Positions 30,300 to 43,455 are shown, counted from the stretch's first letter. The stretch: 64,000 bases of DNA from Octopus vulgaris (GCA_951406725.2 OX597826.1:82584001-82648000); one strand, 5' to 3'. Notes: a model not told the origin generated them from the sequence alone. Numbers and translations are program-made.

Positions 30300-30510
30300 G
30301 TCTGTAACTAAGTTAGGTGCATGACTATGTATATATATAGGAGGAGAGAGAGCAAATCGGAGAGCGAAGCAAACACAATAAAAAGAAGAGAAAAAAGAAA
30401 GAAAGAAGAACAGAAGGGGCTTATTTGTTCTCTCTTTTTCTCGCTGATTATCTCTCTCCCTCCTACCCCCCCCCCATCTAATATATAGTCATCCTCCTAA
30501 ATTAGTCGCC
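30300..30510. repeat. Old fold-back / MITE-like inverted repeat
   Basis: actaagttaggtgcatgactat..gaggagagagag versus ctctctccctcct..atagtcatcctcctaaattagt (imperfect reverse complements). Confidence 0.5.
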
Positions 30511-31043
30511 GAATCACTACTTTGACAATGATGCATTTCCTTATATATATATCAGCTGGTTCATATTTTGAAATGTTTTAACGGAGGAAGTTCCTATGTA
30601 ATGGATGATGCTACAGCGGTTTCACCTCGGAACTTCTGCCAACATCGTGACGCGCCATCTTCCCGTTCTTTTAACTAAAATAATTCATTTACCCGGCAGA
30701 AAATACAAGCATTCTCACCATGGGATGTAGAAATCGTTTGTTTATCTTCCTATGTTTTTCTCACGTGCCTTGTAGAAAGCAACCATTAAAAATTGGTTTT
30801 GGTTATCGTCAGATTTTCATTTTAGTTTTTCAACAATAATGATTTGTTTATGCTGCAAGGTATATTCTGTAAGAGACGGTTTGCTGTAAGAATATGCTTT
30901 AAAATGCATAGGGAGAGCAATCAGCATTATTACATCATCCGGGCCTTCAAATATTGACCGCAGATTCAAGCGCACAAAGGAATTGCAAACTAGCGTGTAC
31001 CACTATGTAAAAAGATGTTGTACAATGCTTTCTTCCGTTTCAG

Positions 31044-31061
31044 GATTCCCAGGCTGCATTG
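31044..31061 (+). other. Candidate 18-nt microexon
   Basis: tgctttcttccgtttcAG|GATTCCCAGGCTGCATTG|GTatgc: pyrimidine-rich acceptor, GT donor, length a multiple of 3. No transcript evidence. Confidence 0.25.
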
Positions 31062-31704
31062 GTATGCATAGGATTCCCAGCCGTAGAGATTTAGCTGCAC
31101 AGTTGACCAGCAGCCATTCGAATTCCATATGGGAATAAAGAAATCAGCAATAATCGCAGATTGGTTCTGAAAAAAACATTTTCTGACATTCCAATTTCAT
31201 CTCGTCTATTCTATTAGAGTAGTCGTACGAGAAATGTGGCCAAGAGAATCGCATACAATTATGTGACTTTATTATGTGACATACTAATATGTAGGTATAA
31301 AACACACATCTATCTATGTTGACTAGAGGCGCACGATGATGCGTTATAAAAATATAGACATGTGAAATCATAATTAACAAGGTTGTGTACACTCGAAGGA
31401 GGGAAGAACTTTCTATGAGGAAATAATCTCGAGAAAAATTATTCCCCAAAGAAAATTATGGAAAACATGCGATGAATAACGTCATGGTGGACGTATGCTT
31501 TTCCGAGCGCACAGAAACGACATAAATATGACTTTTATCATATTTTTATCTCTTCTTGCTATGTTAGAATCATGTGATTTGTGGAAACGCGCGTAGTGAT
31601 GCATTAAATATTTATAAATTCAATCCTAAAATTACTGTTATTAATATATTTATCCTACATTATATCAGTATTATCATGCTGCAACCCCGAAAACTGACTC
31701 ACTA

Positions 31705-31975
31705 GAGAGTTTTATTAGACGGCAACAGCCCAAAGATGTGATAGTCGGAAGGGGTGATATCTGGGCTGTATGCAGGGTGTTCCAACATCTCAAACCCTAA
31801 TCGGTTAATGGTTTCAACGGTCTGGACGGCCGTGTGTGGGCGTGCATTGTCATGCAACAACAAAGCTTTCTTCGACAACAGGCTTCGGCGTTTGGTGCGA
31901 ATTACTGGCATAAGTTCGTTGGTCAGCAAAGCACTGTATCTTGCACTGTTGGTCGTACACTCCTTTTCCAGAGAA
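31705..31975 (-). mobile_element. Mariner transposase catalytic-domain fragment
   Basis: ORF track: LLLHDNARPHTA...LEHPAYSPDITPSDYHIFG. Confidence 0.92.
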
Positions 31976-32225
31976 ATCGGATCACTGCTCTTTGATCTTC
32001 TTTGGTGCACATTGCTAGTGGAGCAGCCATGCTTTCACTTTAAAGCCAGAAAGAAAAAGGCGTGATCAGGCTCAAAATTCGATCATGTGACTACCACAGT
32101 ACCAATTATAAGCCCACGTGCACATAAGACAGTGTGACAATAATAAAGATATATTATGGCGAAAGAGTTTTGACTTCTCCGCGTACATATCTATATATAC
32201 ATACTTACATATACTTATATGTATG

Positions 32226-33020
32226 CAGGGTGATCGGGATAAATTTAACAGTTCGCATGTAAGGAAAAGAAAACTATTCCCCATCCTACATATACGTATT
32301 TATAAACAATTGAAGAATATCAACTAAATTATGGCTAGTAGATAACAGTTTACTTAAAAACAAAACGCCCACGGAATCCACAACGGCCGCAAGGCGGCTC
32401 CGAAACCTGGCACACGCTTTCTTCGATGTTGGTGTTTTTCTGAGCTGTGCGCCACTCTTAGTATTCCATGGAATTAGAATCGGGAAAAATGAGGAGGCCA
32501 GAAATTGTGGCTGCTGAAGTCGTAGAATTACTTCAATAACTACTTGCCACTCTTTCCGGAGGAATAAAAAAAATTCGAATCTTGATACCATATGTATGGG
32601 CTTTCAGCAACAATCATCCCCAGCCAGAGATTGACCGCTGTCTACAGCAGATCTATACATAGGCATTTGAATCGAGCCTCCAATCATGTTCAAAGATGCA
32701 GTGATGAGCTCCGGCGTGTGGACGCTGGCAGAACGTCTTGTGTGTACTTTCCTGCTGGGCACGGCCACGTAGTCTCTGTTGTAACTGGACATGTCACGTC
32801 TGACAGCATTTCACCGTTTACAGAGCATCGATGGCGGCACTTTGATACGCGACGCGAATCATCATGATGCAAAAACACTTTTACCAATATTGAGACGGCT
32901 CCCGGTCATCTATGTTACCTAAGTTTTTACCCAACTACAACTACAACCTTTATGTTCACCGACGCCGTTGATTGGTTACCAATATATCAAGTTGTTCTTG
33001 AAAATTTAACCCGAACACTG
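32226..33020 (-). mobile_element. Internally deleted Tc1/maT-like transposon with TIRs
   Basis: TIRs cagggtgatcgggataaattt (32226) and aaatttaacccgaacactg (ends 33020). Minus strand FWPP..PDSNSMEY and ACARFRSRLAAVVDSVG. Confidence 0.8.
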
Positions 33021-33096
33021 TGTGCTGTGTGTGTGATTATTCATTCATACGTACACACACTTACACGTGCGCGCGCACACATACACACACACACAT

Positions 33097-33136
<40 letters not shown>

Positions 33137-33819
33137 GAAGAGAGGGAGAAATGAATAGATTGATAGGTAGACAGTTAACTAAATGCATTTATAAACTATA
33201 CATTCATATAAATCATATGGACATACGTACGCCCGTATACGCAACCTCATGTGTAAAACATTGAAATCTATTAGAGATAATGAGGCCAACCAGAAGAGAA
33301 CAAAATAAAAGAAAGAAACGTTTGAAAAACGACAGAGAACAGCATTCGTTCTCTTTCTGAAATTCGGTTGCTGGAAGAAAATATTTAGCTTAAAATCGTA
33401 GTTGTTAATAAACAGGCGATCTTTTATTTATTCGTCGTTTACAGACGAACGTTGATGATTTTGATAAATCCATTTTCACAGTTGAACTTCTAAAAAGGTT
33501 GAGATTGCTGTCGTGCCTTAGTAGAAGAAATGGAAGAAAAGCATCTTTTGGGGAAATATTCTGTACACTGAATCTATTCTGAGTCTGTGTGCCCTTTCAC
33601 CGACTGGCGTTTTGCAAAAAGAGAAAAAGATGTAAAATAAATCGTTAGCTAACTTTTGTACACTGGACTATTTTCCTTATTTTCTCATACTGTCTCATAC
33701 TACGGGAATCTTTGCGTGGACTAATTCTTCCTATTTAGAAATTTTATGGAAATTACTAAAAAAAAGCTGCGCTTTTACGTAACGAAATTATATAAACACA
33801 TGATATACACATTGGTAAT

Positions 33820-34267
33820 AGATAGATAGATAGATAGATACATACATACATACATACATACATACATACACACACACATACATACATACATACACACACA
33901 CATACATACATACTTACATACATACATACATACACACATACATACACACATACACACATACATACATACATACATACATACATACATACATACATACATA
34001 CATACATACATACATACACACATACATACATACATACATACATACACACATACATACATACATACATATATACACGCATACATACATACATACATACATA
34101 CGTACTTACATACATACATATATATATACACACATACATACATACATACATACATACTTACATACATATATACACACATACACACATACATACATACACA
34201 GATACATACATACATACATACTTACATACATACATACATACACAGATACATACATACATACATACAC

Positions 34268-34300
<33 letters not shown>

Positions 34301-34362
34301 CACGTATACATACATACATACTTACATACATATATACACACATACATACATACATACATACA
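33820..34362. repeat. (CATA)n/(CA)n microsatellite array
   Basis: Directly visible. Confidence 0.97.
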
Positions 34363-35904
34363 TATGTTATTCATTATCTCGAAATAAAAAATTGCAAAAA
34401 ATTGCGTTATAGATCGTAAATAAAATGTTAACTTTAATACAGGTAGACACAAAAGAAGCATAAAACAGTATTTGGGTACCTTTAAGATGTAAAAGAAAAC
34501 ATTGAAAATAATATATTGAAGAAATTCTTATATTTCAAATGTTATATTAACTAAATCATAAATTATATCTTCTTTGCACTGAACGTGGTTTCTAAAATTT
34601 AAAAAACACCATTCTTGGTATTTAACAAAGTCTCTTCTCTTGTGTATATTTATAACTTACTTTGCTATTTAGGCGACTGGTTTAATTTGAAGAAGCAGTT
34701 ATGAGAAAGAAAGTGCCACCAGCAAATTCACTTCTTCCTCAACACAGAAAACTGATTTTGTTGATAGAATCATAATTATTATTTTAGGTCAAAAATAGCA
34801 ACTGGGCTCCTAAGTTATTTTGCAAGTCTATTAGTTGCTCATAATAAGCTGAATACTTTCCCCGTATATCATATTGAATGGAAGTTAGAGCTCGCTTTTG
34901 CATAGTCAGATCTTTAAGATTTTAAATCTAGTTTTCGTGTTTTTCGATGTCAGGAAATGAAAGATAATAACATTGTAAATCAAAATCTGTGCAACATACG
35001 TTATTACTGTTGTTTCCTCAACTGCTTTTAGACTAGGAAACTTATGAAGGTTCAGACTCGCTTTGCATGGTTTCATTTTCTCTTTTTCTTTTTTCTTTTT
35101 TTTTCATAAATGAATAGTTTGTTAATAAATGCCATTAGTCTCCTTGTAAGTCGAAGCTGATTCCATTTCGTTTCTTTAAAATATAATAAGCTCAATCAAA
35201 ATTTGCCTTCCTACTTTCAAGATCTTAACCATAATTAAACAAAAATTATCACAAGCAGTTTCATTTGAAGGTCAACTAATTTTAATATGCATAAGACGCT
35301 ATAAAAAATCTTCATTTTTTTTATGGAAAGGTTTACGGAATAGTTGTGTATTCAGGTGGTGAGCTTGAATCTTACAGATTTTATAATATATAAGTAACAA
35401 AATGCCTCGCTAAAAATGCTTTGCAATTACATGTTACATATAAATAACGCAAAAGATAGTAAAAATATTATATTTAAAATAATTGTTTTTTAAAGGCATT
35501 ATAAATCCAAGGTAGTGACCAACCAGCAAAGGTTTTCACTGAATAATTTCTACTTGGTATTTGTAAATCGTTGAAAGCATTGTATTATTTTCGAATAGCT
35601 CACAGTCCACTAATAACGGCGCGTATCACGCAAAGTTATTCCATTCAGTTGTAAAACGCAGATGTTTATAACGTGAGCAGGATTTGTTTCCAATGCTGTC
35701 ATCGCTTCCGTTGGATACTCACTACGAATGAGCAGAATTGAAAATGTTGCTTCAGTTTCTAAAGGGAAATTGTTAAAAATATATATTTCACACAATGTTA
35801 AAATAAGTGTCTCTCCAATACTATCGAGTTTCCTAGATTTAACCTTGAGCTTTCGAATTATATAAGATTCACTAAGCTCTTTGTGTAGAGCTTATTTCTA
35901 TTCT

Positions 35905-36762
35905 CTAAAGTGGATCTTTTTTCTTCAAAGCTTGGTTCAAACGCTCTAATTGCTGACAGTAGACTTGAACATTGATTGTTGCATTAGGTGGTAACAATTC
36001 AAAGTAAATTACTCCTTTGCAATTCCACCAGATAGAGAGAAGAACCTTTTTCCCATGAAGTTCTCTTCTCGGTTGTGGTTGAACTTTTTCCTTTAACCAA
36101 TCCACTATTTACGACGTTTAACATTTCGATAGAAGATCCATTTTTCATCCCAAGTCACAAATCTATCCAAAAAGGGTGAAATGAGTTCGCGAGAATGGGG
36201 AGAAGAGCAGATGTCAACTTGGGATTTGCAGTTGCTTTCGGGCAATTCATGAGGCACCCATTTTCCAAGTTTAAGAACCTTTCCAAGTTGTTGAAGATGA
36301 CGCTAAACAGTTGTATGCTTTGAACTAAGCTTTATTGCCAATTCTTCAACTGATAATGCAGGATTTTCTTTCAAGTGATGCCTCAAGGAGCTTATCATCA
36401 AACTCAACTGAACGTCTTGTTCGATCTTCATCTTCAAGGCTGAAATCTCCAATTCTGAATTTTGCAAACCATCTTCTGCAAGTTCTTTCCCATAACCTGA
36501 GTGTATGTTTCGAGTCGCTTCGGCTGCAGGGTTTCCTTTTTTTTTACTCATAAATCATTATGTGCCTCAAATGCTCTTTGGTTATTTCCATGTTAGAAAT
36601 GGTTTTAATCAAAGAAATTTTAATTGTATTATTAATTAGTTTAAATGTACACAAATACATAAAAATAATTTTTACATCCATTAGACATTCTAAGATACTA
36701 TGAAATTTCATTCAATTTTGAAAAAAGAAAAAATCGAACAGAACTTATGGGATGACCGGATA
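35905..36762 (-). mobile_element. 3'-truncated mariner
   Basis: TIR-like tccggtcatcccataagttctgttcgattt next to TA; KKGNPAAEATRNIH; KKVLLSIWWNCKGVIYFELLPPNATINVQVYCQQLERL. Confidence 0.92.
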
Positions 36763-37059
36763 TATATATATATATATGATAATATGATATTAGGGAGTAT
36801 AACTCCAAACTTACAGGGAAAAATTCAATTTGGTATTAAATCAAATTTCACAATATAGATATATAATATATAAATTAGAGAAAACCCACTAGTATGCAAT
36901 TCAAACAATGATATACAGAAACCAAACCATAAATGAAAATAAAATATATTTTAAAAATATATAACTAGATCACAAAAAGTATAAAAATGAATAATCAATA
37001 TATAAGTCTATATATGTCTATCATTGTTTGAATTGCATAATAGTGGTTTTTCTCTAATT

Positions 37060-37100
<41 letters not shown>

Positions 37101-37164
37101 AACATATATAGAAGTGTGTTGTAGTTCGCTTGAAGCATTGTGTATTGTTTTATTGTTTGTAAAA

Positions 37165-38682
37165 TATAATGTCTGGAATGGCACAACAATGACCTATAAT
37201 AACTGTTATAATTTAATCATCCATAGTCTCATATGATATTTCGGAATATAAAAGTTCCTTCTTCAGATATCCATAGGAATTCATCGAGTCACTGCTATAT
37301 TCGGTTTTCCAACAGTTTTTGTTTTCTGGAAGCATCTCTGCAGTGGCTTTACGAGGCTTTTTCTGGAATTCCTCATGAGATGTACGTGAGGGCGGCCATG
37401 TCTGAAGCTCGTGTGTCCAGGCACACCCGTTGCGCTGCTTCTAAGTTATGCATTATATGTGCAGTTTCCTTTTTAAAAACATAATTCATGAGCATGTTAT
37501 CAATAATGAACCTACACGCATCCAGATGTAGCTAAATAATATATTGACTGCCAACCTTCAGCCTGTTGTTAATTTGGAGCCCTAGACTGTCTATGAGGAT
37601 AGCTTCCTTAATTTGTAGATTACCCAAATTTCTTTCATTGGCCTCAATTGTGACTATTATGCTTTTGTCGGTGTTCCGGCATCTGTCAAGATGTTTTCTG
37701 AAGGAGGAGGCTCTCTCGTGTTCAGATGTTCTTTGATTCGAATGTGTGATGGTCATGTTGTGCTATCCACATAGAACTTGTTGCATTTGTTACATTGTAT
37801 TCTATACACAACATTTTTCCGTTGACATAAATCTGTGTCACGGATGGGACAGTTTGCTAGTGTGCCTTGATGGCTGTCCTTTGCTCGCTTCTTTGCGAGG
37901 TGTCTTCGCAGAGAGGGGCCGGAGTGGGCGAGTTGTATGTCTAGTCCTTCTCTTCTTATGGCTCTTCAGGTGGCTGTAGTTACCCTCTCGCGAAAATGGG
38001 CTATTTTAAGGAAGCATGTGTTGCTGGGTTTTCTGTGTGTTGGTCGTCTTGGGTACGTAAACCGATTTATATTGGATATAGGCTACCCATTGGTTTCAAT
38101 ATCTCTAGGAAGCGTGTAGTGTGGGTCAGTTTGTCCTCTGTCCTGCTGCACTTACCCTGGATGCGTGCAAATTCATTACTGGCGTATCCTATTTTGGCAC
38201 CGATTGGAAGTGTTGAACTCTATTGGACAAGCATATCTCTACTGGCTGCTTTCCTGTAGAACTCGGTGTGGATCTCTCCTTCTTCCGTTATTTTCAGTTG
38301 GAAGTCAAGTAGCAATAGTGATCCAGTGTTGTCGGGATGTTCTATAGCGAAGAAGTAAAAAAAAGGAAACTGCACGTATAATACATAACTTAGAAGCAGC
38401 GCAACGGGTGTGCCTGGACATACGAGCTTCAGACATGGCCGTCCTCACGCACTTTTCATGAGGAATTCCGGAAGGGGCTTTGTGAGACCACTGCACAGAC
38501 GCTTCCAGAAAATAAAACGGTTGGAAAACCGATTATAGCAGTGACTCAATGAATTCCTATGGATATCTGAGGAAGAAACTTTTATATGCCGAAATATCAT
38601 ATGAGACTATGGATGATTAAATTATAACAGTTAATATAGTCCATAGTTTTTATCATAGTGCATTGTTGTGCCATTTAAGACA

Positions 38683-38685
<3 letters not shown>
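37165..38685 (-). mobile_element. Penelope-like element 3' part with inverted pseudo-LTRs
   Basis: Arms of about 320 bp (37165-37480 versus 38360-38685) are reverse complements. Minus strand CTLANCPIRDTDLCQRKNVVYRIQCNKCNKFYVDSTT, then RTSEH...LQIKEAILIDSLGLQIN (GIY-YIG). Confidence 0.88.
37231..37270 (-). ncRNA. Minimal hammerhead motif in pLTR; second copy on + at 38563-38602
   Basis: atat-CTGAAGA-A-GGAA-cttttata-TTCC-GAAA-ta-TC-atat. Confidence 0.6.
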
Positions 38686-38724
<39 letters not shown>

Positions 38725-38729
<5 letters not shown>

Positions 38730-38935
38730 TAATCCAAACAAGAAAACACAAAAAAAAACACAACAACGTGAGGATGTGGAACAAATATAGTATTAATGGA
38801 CGCTCAGGAAAGAAGAGAAGAAGGAGGGTTTAACGTTTCGAGCGGGGCTCTTCGTCGGAAACATAGGAGAAGGAAAGATCCAGAGAAGGGAAGACAGAGG
38901 AAAAAAATCGCCAACGGTACACACGAGGTCACATT
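38725..38935 (-). mobile_element. Solo PLE pseudo-LTR between (TA)n tracts with HHR motif at 38828-38862
   Basis: gttt-CCGACGA-A-GAGC-ccc-GCTC-GAAA-cg-TT-aaac with perfect stems I and II. A decayed relative lies at 55575-55770. Confidence 0.65.
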
Positions 38936-38954
38936 TTATATATATATATATATA

Positions 38955-39252
38955 TAAAATTAGAAGAAAACCCACCTTTTATCAATTCAAAATGAACAAT
39001 TAAATTACACCATCTAGAAAATTACATATAATAGAAATATTAAAATTAAAATAACAATAAAATGTCAATGATTAAGTAAATTGCAAAAAATAATAACTAC
39101 CAATTATATACGTTTTATTATTTTTTCGCAATTTACTTAATCATTGACATTTTATTGTTATTTAATTTTAATATTTCTATTATATGCAATTTTCTAGATG
39201 GTGTAATTTAATTGTTCATTTCGAATTGATAAAAGGTGTTTTTTTTTCTAAT

Positions 39253-39257
<5 letters not shown>
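38955..39257. repeat. About 300-bp near-perfect AT-rich palindrome
   Basis: Arms of about 140 bp (38955-39097 / 39113-39257) with a short spacer, flanked by (TA)n. Confidence 0.9.
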
Positions 39258-39315
<58 letters not shown>

Positions 39316-40520
39316 TCATATTGTGTGAAATTTGATTTAGCATTTCTGAATTGATTTTTTTTCCTTGTAAATTTGGATTTTATTCCCTCAAATAATAATT
39401 ATTATATATATATAAGGTGTTCTCCTGGTTTAGTGTTGGCAACTTTCAGCACCTCTTTACAGAGGCATGAGCAAGGGATGTTTTGTGGAAGACTGGCTTA
39501 TATCCGAGCCACCGATGTTCTATACCGTTCTGGGATCAACATAGCTTGGTACATATGTTGCCATTGGCGTTGTAAGTACATAAGAAAAGCTGCAACAGAA
39601 ACTGCAAAACCTCTAATAGTTCGATTACAGTTTATCGAACCCGCAGGGATAGAGAGCAAAGCAAACCACAAAAGTATTTGAGCTCATTACCGAGACATTT
39701 GATAGAAAGGCTCTAGGGCATTCTAGGTCACGCTTTATCCCGTAAATATCTTACTTCTCATCTACTTTCTGTACTTCTTTATTTCGTCCTATATAACGTA
39801 TTCTGTTTAAAGCGTACCTGTTATACGACTGTAATATCTCTATATATAATTTTTTAATTGTAGATTTTAAATTCCAGTCAGCAAAATAAATATATTGTAT
39901 CTTTATCCCACGAACGAGTAGAGAATATTTTAAATCCCCTCACAAATGCAAACCCTCTAACTTGCTAGATACTTTTTGAGTTACATTCGAAATATTTTGA
40001 ATTACACAAAATGATTCATGTGTTCTAACACTTATAAACATCATAAAAGCTTTCACGTTCTGCAACTATTGTAATTATTCTATATTGCGTCCCATATACT
40101 TCATGTCCATATTTTTATTACTTAATAGGTTATTGTTGTGTATTGCCTGTCAATATTCTACTGGTGTAAGAGACGTACATTTTCTTCCATCAGATTCCAA
40201 AACTCCGCTGTCAAATTTTATTCGAGGCACTACCAACTTTACCAAGAATCGTTATTCTATTCCTGATACCTTGTTACTAGAGTGGAATATAGTTAATCTA
40301 TAATATTCTGCCACAGTCTACCTATATAACACATTACGTGCCGAACGAAATCGATAACATAATATGTTATATTGACAGCGTTTATGTTATAAAACAATTT
40401 ACTGGTAAACTAAGGAATGTAATCGAAAACACAATCCACTACAACAATATAAAGTATTCCTAACCCAATTGAGCACTAAATATTCTCTTTCGCTCCTTTC
40501 TCTCTCTCTCTCTCTCTCTG

Positions 40521-40594
<74 letters not shown>

Positions 40595-40740
40595 CAGGCT
40601 TCTTTCAGTTTTTTTTTTCAACAAAATCAACTCACGTGGGGTTGGTCAGCCATAGGCTATAGTAGCAGACACCAGCCAGTAGGACTGGACCTATAATCAT
40701 GTTGTTCGGAAGCAAACTATTTAACGTACAACCACGACTA

Positions 40741-40788
<48 letters not shown>

Positions 40789-40894
40789 ATTCCTAACACA
40801 ATTGAGCACTAAATATTCTCTGTCGCTCCTCTCTCTCTCTCTCTTTATTTTCTTTTCTGTTATATATATATATATCATTTGCATCATGTAGAAC

Positions 40895-40985
<91 letters not shown>

Positions 40986-41912
40986 GTGTGAAAGCGATGC
41001 GTGAAATACACAAGTAGAGGATTAGTGCCAGAGCCGGGTCTCGTTCAGAAAATCTAACGTCATGAACTTAGGAAAGTTCCTGACATCGGGTCAGCGGAAG
41101 AAGGGTCGGCTACAAAATGACAAAGGATCAGTGAATAATAGTAAACCAATAACAGACGAACAATCAGTGACATAAATATGTTTATATGGATGTATACGGA
41201 AGATAAATATAAACTTAAATATAATTATCAAGAAAAATGCTGCCATTAGAGTGGAGGATATACGTATACAGATGTCTTTCATGCCAATCCTTGCTTTCCC
41301 CCATCACTTTCTCGACCTCATGCTTCCCTACATTCCTCTCTTTCCATTTATTTTTCTATCTCTTTATCCCTTAATAACCACCTCCGCTATCATTCCCTTA
41401 CGAACCTTCGATAGGTTCACGTTTATCTCTGGGTATTTACACTATTAAGGCTTTAACCATAAATGGATTTACACAGGACTCTACCTAAGGACTTATGGAC
41501 TAACATCTACACTATTGGAAAGTGGAACCGTGAACTTTTATGCCTCTTTTTTCTTCTTTTTCTTCATTTTATTTTATTCCTTTTCTCCTTTCCTCTATGC
41601 CATCGTTTCATTAACCTACACCCTTCACATTTTCCATCTTTGTCTCCGATGACGTAATATCCCATACTTTGGGATATCCCAGCAACGGCTGTGACACTTT
41701 ACATTTTTCCTATAATGACGTATATGACTCGAGATGCTTGTTTTGCCTCAGCGTTTGTTGTCTCTTTAACAATTATATATATTATGTATGTATATATACA
41801 TATATGCATGGATATCTATCAATCTATCTGTCTATCTATCCATCCTCTATCTATCTGTCTCTTGCTCTCTCTCTCTCTCTCTCTCTCTCTTAATATATAT
41901 ATATATATATAC

Positions 41913-41958
<46 letters not shown>

Positions 41959-42089
41959 TATATATATATATGTGTGTATATATATTCATATATATATATG
42001 TATATATATTCATATATATATATACATATATATATATATGCATGTATATATATTCATATATATATGTATATATATTCCTATATATATAT

Positions 42090-42972
42090 ATATGAATAAA
42101 TAAATGGAGTTTAACGCAGGTGTAAATCAAATATTTTTACATTCGACACATGTTTCGAAAATTCCACTGATACTATTCAAAAGAATAAATGGTATAAACA
42201 ATGTAATCTTCTCTTCAGGAAAGTGAAAAAAACGAAACTCGTCAATAAGACATTTTAACAAAAAATGATGGATTTGTATAGCGATTAACTGAACGCTATT
42301 AATATTGTTTAAAAAAACGTTATATGATATAACGTCATAAGTAGCTTACAGAAAGAGTAGGGATATTAATAGTGAATGTTAAATATAAAGGAAATTAAAG
42401 TTTAAATTGTATATAATGCACTAGAGTTGTGTTTTTGCCAATGCTTACATTTGTATACTCGCTCTATAACCGTGTTTACTAGGGGAGTTTTAGAAAAAAT
42501 AATGAAAAATAGCTCAGAATTGCAGAGAAGACAGAATTCCTTGCCTTTGTCATAAGGTATCGAGATTGGGAGAATCAACCATTCTAAATGAAATTGTTCA
42601 TTGTGGTCTTTTAGTTCCCAATTCAGTTTGCTGAGACCGGTACTATTACGTTTATTTCTATCCCTACATGTTGAGTAATGGATAGAAATTCTCTTAGATA
42701 ACTCTAACGATGTGCTTCCAATGTAAAATCGTACTTTATTACGAGTACTGGTTATACACTGGTATATAGAATTTTTAATCTTAGAGTTACTTGACATAGT
42801 AACTCTAAGATTTTGCTATAATGTCTTATTGACGAGTTTCGTTTTTTCCACTTTCCTGAAGAGAAGATTGCATTGTTTATACCATTTATTCTTTTGAATA
42901 GTATCAGTGGAATTTTCGAAAGTAAAAATATTTTCTTTACACCTGCGTTAAACTCCATTTATTTATTCATAT
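42090..42972 (-). mobile_element. PLE 3' end: GIY-YIG endonuclease between inverted pseudo-LTRs (possibly Hydra clade)
   Basis: ORF 42402-42797 SIYQC..FYIGST..LSKRISIH..STGLSK..WELK..CLLCNSE..LVN..KCKH. Inverted arms 42090-42255 / 42820-42972; (TA)n flanks. Confidence 0.88.
42142..42221 (-). ncRNA. Hammerhead motif with canonical core and extended stem II
   Basis: ttc-CTGAAGA-GAAGATTACATTG...CAGTGGAATTTTC-GAAA-catgtg-TC-gaa; GUC triplet; same strand as and downstream of the endonuclease ORF. Confidence 0.7.
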
Positions 42973-43118
42973 ATTATACAAAAAAGTCCATGTAAACACG
43001 AAGTTTCTACCTTTATAAACAAGGAGTTACAACCTCTTTACTTGTGAGATTTTTGCTACCCTGGTAACTATTTATTTATTTTTTCCCTGTTAATTGTTAA
43101 CAAGGTAAAAATACACTC

Positions 43119-43151
<33 letters not shown>

Positions 43152-43254
43152 ATATGATATAATATGATATGATATAATATGGTATGATATGATATGATAC
43201 GGAGAACGTTAGGAGGGGTGCAGTGAATATATCTATTTTGCCATATGATGTCAT

Positions 43255-43455
43255 TGCCGACCTGCATATATGCTTATTATAAAATGCATAGCACACTTTA
43301 CAAACGGATGTAGGTATAGTAGGCTAGCTCACCAGATTATCAGAGTATCAACGCTACATCCATTTTTTAAAACCCACTGTACACATACCTGCATTCGCTT
43401 GTAAAATGTACAATAGTACTATGCAATTTTATAACATGCACGCTAGTGCAGGTAT
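43255..43455. repeat. Decayed inverted repeat
   Basis: acctgca..ttataaaatgcatag..tttacaaacggatgtaggtat versus atacctgcattcgcttgtaaaa..ctatgcaattttataa..tgcaggt. Confidence 0.6.

Noticed and set aside
34897-34920. TTGCATAGTCA resembling the 5' end of miR-153 (similar partial hit to miR-133 at 62822)
   Set aside because: Only the 5' half matches and no hairpin is evident.
37750-37760. In-frame TGA in PLE endonucleases (also ~53750) as possible selenocysteine, as in Naiad elements
   Set aside because: The TGAs are not at Cys positions (STT* is the expected Arg, consistent with CGA decay), and other stops and frameshifts are present.
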